Below are positions 1 through 7,645 of a stretch of DNA of 11,582 nt, one piece after another. Within the stretch, counting starts at the first letter, position 1. Each line of letters opens with the position of its first letter. The position numbers were made by a program, and so were the translations under genes. The notes beneath the pieces are model-generated. The model worked only from the letters and a program-made list of their open reading frames with translations. It was not told the origin of the DNA and did not search any database. The stretch comes from Octopus sinensis (Eukaryota), in contig NW_021826978.1 in the NCBI RefSeq assembly GCF_006345805.1, positions 1-11,582 of the forward strand, given 5' to 3'.

Positions 1-65
1 AGGTGCCACGCAGTGGGAATGAACCTGGAACCATGTGGTTGGTAAGCAAGCTACTAACCACACAG
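1..65 (-). mobile_element. tRNA-derived SINE head (family A), running off the left window edge
   Basis: Reverse complement reads CTGTGTGGTTAGTAGCTTGCTTACCAACCACATGGTTCCAGGTTCATTCCCACTGCGTGGCACCT, with a Pol III B-box-like GGTTCATTCCC (15-25). It overlaps in sequence with the head at 11555-11582 (CTGCGTGGTAAGAAG) and matches my recollection of an abundant octopus SINE. Confidence 0.75.
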
Positions 66-162
66 TAAATTTTGAGAGCCAATCCGACCCCATCTAGTGC
101 CCCTTGACTCGTTCCAATCCGAAAATGAGACAAACAAACTTTTCGCATTTCAGCTTTATAGA
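66..162 (-). mobile_element. Possible Helitron-like 5' terminal fragment
   Basis: Minus strand reads A|TCTATAAAGCTGAAATGCGAAAAGTTTGTTTGTC. A TC start after A, followed by TATAAAGCTGAA and (TTTG)n, resembles the 5' ends of non-autonomous Helitrons such as Lep1. No 3' CTRR end with hairpin identified. Confidence 0.3.
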
Positions 163-171
163 TACTGATTG

Positions 172-303
172 TTATTATTATGTCACACGTTTTTATAAAT
201 CATATATTAGCGCTGTCATCTACTCTAGTAGAATCTCCAGATTCTACTAGAGTAGATGCAAGCCCTAAAATATGACTTATAAAACCATGTGACATATTAA
301 TAA
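172..303. repeat. 132-bp palindrome / foldback element
   Basis: Arms 172-236 and 239-303 are ungapped reverse complements at 57/65 positions, with a 2-nt spacer (CC). The inner 20 bp (CATCTACTCTAGTAGAATCT) are perfect. Confidence 0.92.
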
Positions 304-352
304 AAATCTGTAATATAAAACCATCCAGATTTCTGAGCACCTTATTTCTTCT

Positions 353-459
353 AATATATATATATATTATGCATGTATGAGAGGTGGATGAGAGGCAGAG
401 AAAGAGAGAGAGGAGGGGAGGAAGAAAGGGAGAGAGAGAGTGAGTGAGAGAGAGAGAGA
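353..459. repeat. (TA)n followed by GA-rich low-complexity tract
   Basis: TATATA run at 353-368 and (GA)n/GGA-rich purine tract at about 377-459. Confidence 0.85.
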
Positions 460-1092
460 AATGGGACTCCAGTCATGAAAATCAGTGTAAACTATAACTT
501 GTAGCCCGATCGAACTGCACGTAATGGTTTGTCCTGGTTTTTGTTGCTTCATGATATTTACTTGACGTGACTCTAGGCTGCGCCATCTGAAAGTTAATAA
601 TCTACCCCAGTCAGGGGCACAGAACAGCATGGGTGTTCGAATAATTAACAACCTGCCCTTTAACAAGTGAACCGGTAATCCTAGATGACGTTTCCTGCTG
701 CTTTTAGCCATACATTTGCAAGGTGATGTGACACATGCTGCCGTCTATCCTTGCGTTTTTTTTTTCCCCTCATACTTTCTTTTCATTTTGTTTTGCGGGT
801 TTAATGAAAAACAATACAAAACTCGCTGAGTTTGTGGAACTCATGAACCGTGAACAATGTGTCGTGAATCAATCAAAAGCTTTTTTTTTTTTTTTTCATT
901 TTCTTTAATTATTATTGAAGTAGGACGTGTCAAACCTTGGGACCAGAACATTGGGAACAGGGAATTCAATCGTTACGTAGAGAGAGATGGCAGTAGTGCG
1001 CATGATTGAGTCGGCCGACAAACAAACAACCAATCACCTGAAATATAGCGATGGTCATATATTGATACACTGGTAATGAATATACTCATTAA

Positions 1093-1408
1093 GGTGGAAC
1101 GAAAATTTTTAAAAAATGTAAAAACTGAAAATGCCTGAGGGCCAAAATGTTGCTTTATTTAATTATTAGAAACATACTAAATTTTCGCTAAGATCAATCG
1201 GGAGCATTTACCATCTCAAGCTTTCTAAACTCCAAAAATGGGGGATTTTGTAAATTTTTCCAATGGTGGAGTTTCAGGGTTTGAGGGAGTAAATTCCATT
1301 GACTGATCTAAGCAAAAATTTTGCCATTTTATTGTAATTAAATATAGCAACATTTTAGCTCTCTGGCATTTTTAATTTCCACAATTTTTTTTTTATTTTC
1401 ACTCCACC
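1093..1408. mobile_element. Foldback MITE with TTAA flanks (Kolobok-like non-autonomous DNA transposon)
   Basis: TTAA(1089-1092)-GGTGGAACGAAAAT ... ATTTTCACTCCACC-TTAA(1409-1412). Imperfect inverted complementarity continues about 150 bp inward, e.g. AAAATGTTGCTTTATTTAATTA vs TAATTAAATATAGCAACATTTT and AAACTCCA vs TGGAGTTT. A TTAA TSD with RR...YY termini is the Kolobok signature; piggyBac termini begin with CC instead. Confidence 0.8.
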
Positions 1409-1455
1409 TTAACACACATGCATATGTGTATGGGTATATAGATTGTGCAATCTAG

Positions 1456-1509
1456 GGTGGCGTGAAAATTTAGAAATTGTGGAAACTGAAAATGCCTGGG
1501 ATCTAAAAT
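1456..1509 (+). mobile_element. Truncated second copy of the MITE terminal repeat
   Basis: CTAG-GGTGGCGTGAAAATTTAGAAATTGTGGAAACTGAAAATGCCTGGGATCTAAAAT aligns to both arms of 1093-1408 and ends where a SINE fragment begins. Confidence 0.75.
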
Positions 1510-1513
1510 CTTA

Positions 1514-1607
1514 ACGTTCTCAGTTTATATTCCTCCGAAGTCGACTTTGCCTTTCATTCTTTCAGGGTCCATAAAATAAGTCCCATTTGAGTACTGGGAT
1601 CGATGTA
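1514..1607 (+). mobile_element. SINE family B internal fragment (decayed B box plus central core)
   Basis: Aligns ungapped to the reverse complement of 2139-2232 at about 79/94 positions. Confidence 0.85.
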
Positions 1608-2066
1608 GATTGCTGGCTCTGTGCTAATTGTCGGCATGTTGGTTAAAATAACCAACTTTGTAGAACAATTATAACCTTTTGTAAGTTATTAACCTATTTA
1701 TTATACCGCATAGCTCTAAACACTAACACCACAATAGAGCTGATACGGCTTGCTTTGTCCCTGAATTTCAGTGCTTAGTTCTGTTCCTCTTACAATAGGA
1801 CCCACAAGGGCTTCTGTCAGTTAAGTCTGGCCACACAACTACAGTTGTGTGAGTAGGTTTGTTTTAAGTTTTCCTAAGGTCGTCTGGTTGATACTCGTCT
1901 TGTGTATCTCCCTCTCTCCATGCTACCATTATTTATCCGTGGGAAAGTCTGCCCATTTTATCCGTTGTCTTGACATCAATGTTATCGCAGACCTTGTTAG
2001 AACGTAGAAAACCGGACATGTTACTGCACGGCATCTTTGTCCACCTTCAATCAGTTCTACTTATCC

Positions 2067-2301
2067 TATTTCTTTACTACCCACAAGGGGCTAAACACAG
2101 AGAGGACAAACAAGGACAGACAAACGGATTAAGTCGATTATATCGACCCCAGTACGCAACTGGTACTTAATTTATCGACCCCGAAAGGATGAAAGGCAAA
2201 GTCAACCTCGGCGGAATTTGAACTCAGAACGTAACGGCAGACGAAATACGGCTACGCATTTCGCCCGGCGTGCTAACGTTTCTGCCAGCTCGCCGCCTTA
2301 A
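2067..2301 (-). mobile_element. Full-length tRNA-derived SINE (family B) with 15-bp TSD
   Basis: Minus-strand head GGCGGCGAGCTGGCAGAAACG (A-box-like, 2277-2287), B box GAGTTCAAATTCC (2213-2225), and core GACTTTGCCTTTCATCCTTTCGGGGTCGATAAATTAAGTACCAG. Flanked by CAGTTCTACTTATCC (2052-2066) and CAGTTCTACTAATCC (2302-2316), 14/15 identical. CpGs are retained. Confidence 0.92.
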
Positions 2302-2316
2302 CAGTTCTACTAATCC

Positions 2317-2515
2317 ATCACCCCTGGACTGGTCCATTTTTGTCGACCCTGGAGGAATAAAAGACATAGATAGTTGACTTCGGTGAGATTTGAACTCGCA
2401 GTTCAGCGGATACTATAAGACATCTCGACATTCTCATTTTCCCGAGCGTCAAACTAATACGCCTGCTTGTTGTTCATACACCTGCCTTCGTCTTTTATTT
2501 TTCTGTAAATTTCAA
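2317..2515 (-). mobile_element. Composite repeat copy 1: non-tRNA leader fused to family-B-like B box and decayed core
   Basis: 2364-2515 is homologous in inverted orientation to 6163-6325. It contains GAGATTTGAACTC (B box on minus) and a decayed core, TTTTGTCGACCC. Confidence 0.75.
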
Positions 2516-2557
2516 ATATATATATATATATGTGTGTGTGTGCATATGTGTGTGTGC

Positions 2558-2601
<44 letters not shown>

Positions 2602-2626
2602 TATATATATATAATATAATATATAT
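2516..2626. repeat. Compound (TA)n/(TG)n microsatellite
   Basis: Direct inspection. Confidence 0.95.
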
Positions 2627-2721
2627 TAATTACTAGGTAGAAATGGATATTAGTCAATTAAAACCAGTGTCTAGTCATATTAAAAGAATCCGAAGATTAA
2701 AATATTTATATATACCAATTG

Positions 2722-2858
2722 GACTGAACACGAAAGTGGACAGTCAACATGCTAGATAGACGACTCAAATCGCGCATCTCCACAAAGATAATCTTTGTGG
2801 AGAATGGCGATTGACGTCTATATCTAGCATGTTGACTGTCACTTTGTCGTGTTCAGTC
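2722..2858. repeat. 137-bp palindrome / foldback element
   Basis: Three perfect paired blocks: GACTGAACACGA/TCGTGTTCAGTC (12 bp), 2739-2758 with 2821-2840 (20 bp), and TCTCCACAAAGAT-A-ATCTTTGTGGAGA (13 bp, 1-nt centre at 2790). Small indels lie between blocks. Confidence 0.92.
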
Positions 2859-2870
2859 TTATTGTATAGT

Positions 2871-2880
2871 GTATATATAG

Positions 2881-2912
<32 letters not shown>

Positions 2913-2922
2913 GTATATATAT
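2871..2922. repeat. (TA)n microsatellite
   Basis: Direct inspection. Confidence 0.9.
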
Positions 2923-2950
2923 CTTTCCTCCACATAAGACAGTTCCAACA

Positions 2951-3094
2951 TTGGTATACTTTTTAAATGATTCCGAAAAAAAATGAAAGGTAAAGCTGAC
3001 AGCGCCGGGATTTGAACTCACAGGTCTTATGGCTGAAACAGATGTCATGAGTCATTTTATCCCACGCTCTAACAACTTTGCCAAAAAGGCCGCT
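2951..3094 (-). mobile_element. Old, diverged family-B-like SINE (head plus partial core)
   Basis: Reverse complement AAGCGGCC..TTGGCAAAGTTGTTAGAGCGTGGGATAAAATG...GAGTTCAAATCCCGGCGCTGTCAGCTTTACCTTTCAT is colinear with the 2067-2301 copy. Confidence 0.7.
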
Positions 3095-3237
3095 TTGCAA
3101 ACGAAAGCTACCTGTAAGATATTTTAGTACTATCCAGAAAAATACCTGCTTTATAGCCATTTAACACGGCGCAAAACCTTAGATAAGCCTCAATCATGTG
3201 AATCCTTATTCAAGGGAGAAGGAAAAATTAATTCTTG

Positions 3238-3306
3238 CTTTGTTTGTTTGTCTGTTTGTTGTAGATGTATTTGTATTGTTTTTGTTGTTGTTGTTCTTGT
3301 GTGTGT
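3238..3306. repeat. (TTTG)/(TTG)n low-complexity tract
   Basis: Direct inspection. Confidence 0.8.
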
Positions 3307-3548
3307 AGTATGAATTTATAAATTAGTTATGTCGAACTAGAGATGTCGGTCAGTGGTCAGTGATGGCTGACCATACACAGATACAAAAAAGATAAAAAGA
3401 AGTGGAAAAATAAATGAAAGATGTAGTGATAGTTACGGATCAAAGGAAATCAGGAAGTCGGAAAAGATGAAATGATTCGGTGACACCAAACACAGTAGAG
3501 GTGATGCTAAGTAACTTTGATTCCTAATCGATCGGATCACAACCCTAC

Positions 3549-3676
3549 ACACCACCACCACCACCACCACCACCACCACTACCACTACTATCGCCACCAC
3601 TCTCACCATCTTCACGTTTCCTCTATGAACACCTTCACACTATTACTATCCCCCACCTTCGCGCTAACACCACTAC

Positions 3677-3710
<34 letters not shown>

Positions 3711-3715
3711 GTCAT
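3549..3715. repeat. (CAC)n and (CAT)n trinucleotide repeats
   Basis: CACCAC run at about 3549-3608 and CATCAT run at about 3677-3710. Confidence 0.9.
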
Positions 3716-3889
3716 TAGCAGCAGCGGTACTATCACTCCACGTCCATGATTCAGCTACATTTGACGGGGCAATGACTCCATTGTGTGTGCACATCATTAT
3801 TTCATCACCTCTCTATTGATCTTCTTAATTGAAACCACTGACTCGCATCTGATGATAAGAATACGCAACACAGCTGCAGGAATAGCATT

Positions 3890-4095
3890 TATATATGTAT
3901 GTGTCTTTATATATATATACGTATATATATATATATATATATATCTATATATATATATATATATATTACGCACATATATACATATATATACACATAGACA
4001 CACACACACACACATATATATATATACATACAAACACATATATACACATATATATTTATGCGTATGTACGTATGTTTGTATGTACGTATGTATGT
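3890..4095. repeat. Compound (TA)n/(CA)n/(TATG)n microsatellite
   Basis: Direct inspection. Confidence 0.92.
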
Positions 4096-4874
4096 GCACA
4101 GGCATACACGTGGCGTAGCCAGTGCCTGTATATTTTGTCTACACGATTAAATATTAGTTTCTGTTTATTAAACCACGGAAGGGTTTGTTATTTGTTTGTT
4201 TGTATGTGTATTGTTGTTTTCCTTTTATTGTATTTGCTCTGTCTAATTTCACCATGAACACTGAAATAAATTATATATCTGAGTCCAGCGAGAATCGAAC
4301 CCTCGATCACTTGTTGAATACTATTTTAAAAAACTATTTAAAAAAAAAAAAACACCAGCTTTCAGACAAAGTAATAATCTTTACATTAAAACTCTTTCCT
4401 TTCACACCCTCAAAGTAAGTCTATTTCGTGGTTTGTAAAATTCGATTATCATACTTACGTCTTATACTGTTTTATGACTTTACCACAGATTCGCTCGTGA
4501 AGTAAGTGAAATATTTTACCTCTTCCGTTTACAAACATTGACAAGTGTTAACGCCATCATGTGGTTAGTGCCATGACACAACGATGGGGTCTTTATGACA
4601 ATTTTCCCCCAAAGCGTTCGGTGACGAATTCTTTTACTTTTCATGAATGACATTTCATGAAAAAAGTATAATTTACAGAATGTTCATGAATATGTTGTAC
4701 CATAAGCTATAGTAGGAAAGTATCATAGCATATTCTTTGAGGTTTTTTTTTCTTTTTTGTTTTTGTTTTTGCTTTTCTTTTTCTTGTTGCCTTTTTCTGA
4801 AACCAATAAAAGCCGATAACTTTGTACATGTTAATTTATTGAGTTTGTGAAAAATTACTTTTCATTATAAACTG

Positions 4875-5141
4875 CATGTGTGTATATGTATGTGTGTGTG
4901 TGTGTATGTGCATGCATGTGAGCTTATCTGTATATATGTATGTATGTCTGTGTACGTAAGTGTGTACTTATCTATGTATGCAGGCATGCATGTATGTATG
5001 TATGTATGTATGTATGTATGTATGTATGTATGTATGTATGTAGGTAGGTAGGTAGGTAGGTGGGTAGGTAGGTTGGTAGGTAGGTAGGTAGGTAGGTAGG
5101 TAGGTAGGTAGGTAGGTAGGTAGGTAGTTAGGTAGTGGGTA
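4875..5141. repeat. Compound (TG)n - (TATG)n - (TAGG)n microsatellite
   Basis: Pure TATG to 5040, then an in-register switch to TAGG at 5041-5141. Confidence 0.95.
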
Positions 5142-5149
5142 GCGATTTT

Positions 5150-5465
5150 CTTGACCACTTCAGGAAGTGACGATCCCGGGATCAGCTGGCTCCGGCTGAC
5201 AGTACCCGGTATGGGCCCCTATCCAGGGTTACGGAAAGGAGACAACTTTCAAAGAAATCCGGAGTGGAGCCCCGTAGGCGGTTTAGTGTTCGACTTGACA
5301 CTCTTCCGGCAGCTCCTGCAACCAAGTTGGTGCCAAACGTAATGCTCTGCACTCCTTTGGACTACATCAACAAAGTCGAAAGAGAAATCCTGCCGATTGG
5401 GCTACCCAGGATTTTCTTTCATCTAGCCCAGGCCTGAGCAAAACTGGAGAGGACATGAAATGTAA
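5150..5465 (+). mobile_element. GC-rich island, probable non-LTR retrotransposon (RTE-like) 5' UTR fragment
   Basis: Sharp GC increase between two microsatellites. Motifs GGAGTGGAGCCCC..AGGCGG and CCGGCAGCTCCTGCAACCAAG.TGGTGCCAAACGTA.TGCTCTGC resemble RTE-clade 5' UTRs as I recall them. No RT or endonuclease ORF follows. Confidence 0.4.
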
Positions 5466-5517
5466 AAACCAGGATTAGTTTATGTGCAACTCTCGAGACA
5501 AAAGAATGCCAACAATA

Positions 5518-5600
5518 ATGTATGTATGTATGTATGTATGTATGTATGTATGTATGTATGTATGTATGTATGTATGTATGTATGTATGTATGTATGTATG
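5518..5600. repeat. Pure (TATG)20 microsatellite
   Basis: Direct inspection. Confidence 0.97.
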
Positions 5601-6083
5601 TATTATGAAAGGTATTAAAGAGAATTTGGCAAATTTACTTCGAAGTACTTTCGCGTAGCTTTGACTAAACAGATTACTCCGAAAGGAAGTGTTCCTGGTC
5701 ATCCAAATGGTCAGAATGGAGTTTAACAATTGTTTACTGGTCCCCGGTATCCTGAAAACCCGTGTATGTATCAAAGCTATAATTGTTGCATATTACACAG
5801 TATATCATTTATATTATAAATTTATAAACAAACAAAATGAAACAGGAACTATCAAAAGAGGATACGAATGTAAGACTGTGCAGCCAATCAAACTGCACGA
5901 TTCCAAAGGCAACTAGAAGGGGAATGGTCAAGTGGAGGTTATCGACTCACCTTTCATATCAGATCTACCATCTTAAACAAAAAAAAATGACCCGATAACG
6001 TAAACCGAGATAAAAAAAAAATGTTTGATATTAATGTTAGGATGATCTTCAGTAAAATTACATGGCTTATAGTTCTGCTCGAA

Positions 6084-6158
6084 ATGTATGTGTGTATGTA
6101 TGTATGTATGTATGTATGTATGTATGTATGTATGTATGTATGTATGTATGATTATGTA
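6084..6158. repeat. (TATG)n microsatellite
   Basis: Direct inspection. Confidence 0.95.
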
Positions 6159-6162
6159 TTAG

Positions 6163-6325
6163 TTGAAATTGAGAGAGAAATAAAAAATGAAGACCAGGTG
6201 AATGAACAGCAAGCGGGTGCATTAGTTTGACGCTTGGGAAAGTGAGAAAGTCGAGAGGTCTTGCAGTATCTGTTCCGTACCATTGAACTGCGAGTTCAAA
6301 TCTCGCCGGAGTCAATTATTTATGT
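6163..6325 (+). mobile_element. Composite repeat copy 2
   Basis: CAGGTGAATGAACAGCAAGCGGGTGCATTAGTTTGACGCTTGGGAAAGTGAGAAAGTCGAGAGGTCTT...TGAACTGCGAGTTCAAATCTCGCCGGAGTCAA matches the reverse complement of 2364-2515. Confidence 0.8.
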
Positions 6326-6397
6326 TAGAGTCAACAGAAAGGAATAAGAAAAAACAGAGAACTTGAGAATTTAGCGGTCAGGCATGGCGACTGGTTA

Positions 6398-6665
6398 TAT
6401 AGATAGATAGAAAGATAGATAGATAGATAGATAGATACATACATACATACATACATACATACATACATACATACATACATACATACATACATACATACAC
6501 ATACATATATACATACATACATACATACATAGAAAGATAGATAGATAGATACATGCATACATACATACATACATACATACATACATACATACATACATAC
6601 ATACATAGAAAGATACATAAAAAGCACACGCACATATATATACATATACACAGATATATACGCAG
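6398..6665. repeat. Compound (GATA)n/(CATA)n microsatellite
   Basis: Direct inspection; the marker TAGAAAGATA occurs three times. Confidence 0.95.
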
Positions 6666-6939
6666 ATATGCCCATAAATTCATATAAAGTGAGAATATAT
6701 GAACAAATGAAAAGAAGAAAAAAATTACGATAGCAGTAGAGAAAGAAATAGTTAATGTATCGTGAAGAAAGAGGCGAAGTTACAAACATTTTGGCTCAAA
6801 ATTAGTCTGGAGGAGGGCGACGGGGGTTGAAGCAATGAGAGTTTCCTGAAAGCGGGAGAGTGACAGAGACAAGTGGAAACTTGATTAAAGGAGGAAGCGA
6901 GACTAAGAGGTAAAAGAGTTCTCATATATTTACAGCATT

Positions 6940-7035
6940 TGTCTTTCACTTGTTTCAGTCATTGGACTGTGGCCATGCTGGAGCACTGCATGCAAGTGCT
7001 TTAATTGAACAAATCAACATCAGTACTTATTTTAT
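6940..7035 (-). mobile_element. 3' tail fragment of an abundant octopus-type SINE (probably family A)
   Basis: CTTTCACTTGTTTCAGTCATTGGACTGTGGCCATGCTGGAGCAC...GAACAAATCAAC..CAGTACTTATT matches the recalled consensus end of this family and resembles 9222-9285. Confidence 0.65.
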
Positions 7036-7115
7036 TTTTTTTGAGCTGTTATTTTTACCGCGCGCGCTCGCATCTGTGTGTAGGTGGTATGACCGTGTAT
7101 ATATAGGTTTCTGGG

Positions 7116-7121
7116 TATGTG

Positions 7122-7159
<38 letters not shown>

Positions 7160-7207
7160 CATGATAATATATATATATATGTATGTATGTATGCATGTAT
7201 GTATATA
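7116..7207. repeat. (TG)n/(TA)n/(TATG)n microsatellite
   Basis: Direct inspection. Confidence 0.92.
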
Positions 7208-7212
7208 GTAAA

Positions 7213-7350
7213 GGCAAATGGCTCAGTGGTTAGAGCGTCGAGCTTACGATCGTGAGGTTGTGAGCTTGAATCGTGGACTGGGCTGCGTGTTGTGTTCTTG
7301 AGCAAGACACTTTATTTCACTTTATTTCACGTTGCTCCAGTTCACTCGCT
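7213..7350 (+). mobile_element. 3'-truncated tRNA-derived SINE (family C, CORE/V-domain-like)
   Basis: A box TGGCTCAGTGG (7219-7229), decayed B box GCTTGAATC (7264-7272), then TTGTGTTCTTGAGCAAGACACTTTA, which resembles the conserved CORE/V-SINE domain start. Internal 10-bp tandem duplication TTTATTTCAC (7311-7330). Confidence 0.8.
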
Positions 7351-7409
7351 ATAGATAGAAGATAGATAGATAGATAGATAGATAGATCGATGAGATAGAT
7401 AGATAGATG

Positions 7410-7443
<34 letters not shown>

Positions 7444-7517
7444 CTCAATGATAATAATAATTAATAATATGATGATGATGATGATGATGATAATAATAAT
7501 AATATATAATGATGATG

Positions 7518-7548
<31 letters not shown>

Positions 7549-7645
7549 ATGATGATGATGATAATGATAATAATAATAATAATAATACTAAGATAATAAT
7601 AATGATAATAATAATAATAATAATGATAAATAAATAATATAATAA
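7351..7645. repeat. (GATA)n, (TA)n, then degenerate (AAT)n/(GAT)n array
   Basis: Direct inspection. Confidence 0.93.

Noticed and set aside
560-695. CRE-like TGACGT motifs as a promoter
   Set aside because: Two 6-mers are expected by chance, and there is no TSS or gene context.
367-711. 114-aa minus-strand ORF
   Set aside because: The C-terminus is the GA microsatellite and the rest has no recognisable motif.
3433-3819. Poly-His, poly-Ser, poly-Asp and poly-Val ORFs
   Set aside because: They derive from (CAC)n and (CAT)n repeats open on both strands, with no convincing splice signals or conserved flanking peptide.
4278-4310. Isolated B-box (GGTTCGATTC on minus) suggesting a tRNA
   Set aside because: No A box or cloverleaf and an imperfect T stem; at most a SINE remnant.
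5041-5141. Interstitial telomere repeat
   Set aside because: The unit is TAGG, not TTAGGG or TTAGG, and it is derived in register from the adjacent TATG array.
5601-5916. Short ORFs in unique-looking sequence as a possible exon or transposase fragment
   Set aside because: No recognisable protein motif in the listed frames; needs TBLASTX.
7213-7290. tRNA gene
   Set aside because: The B box is mutated, there is no acceptor stem, and it continues into a SINE core domain.
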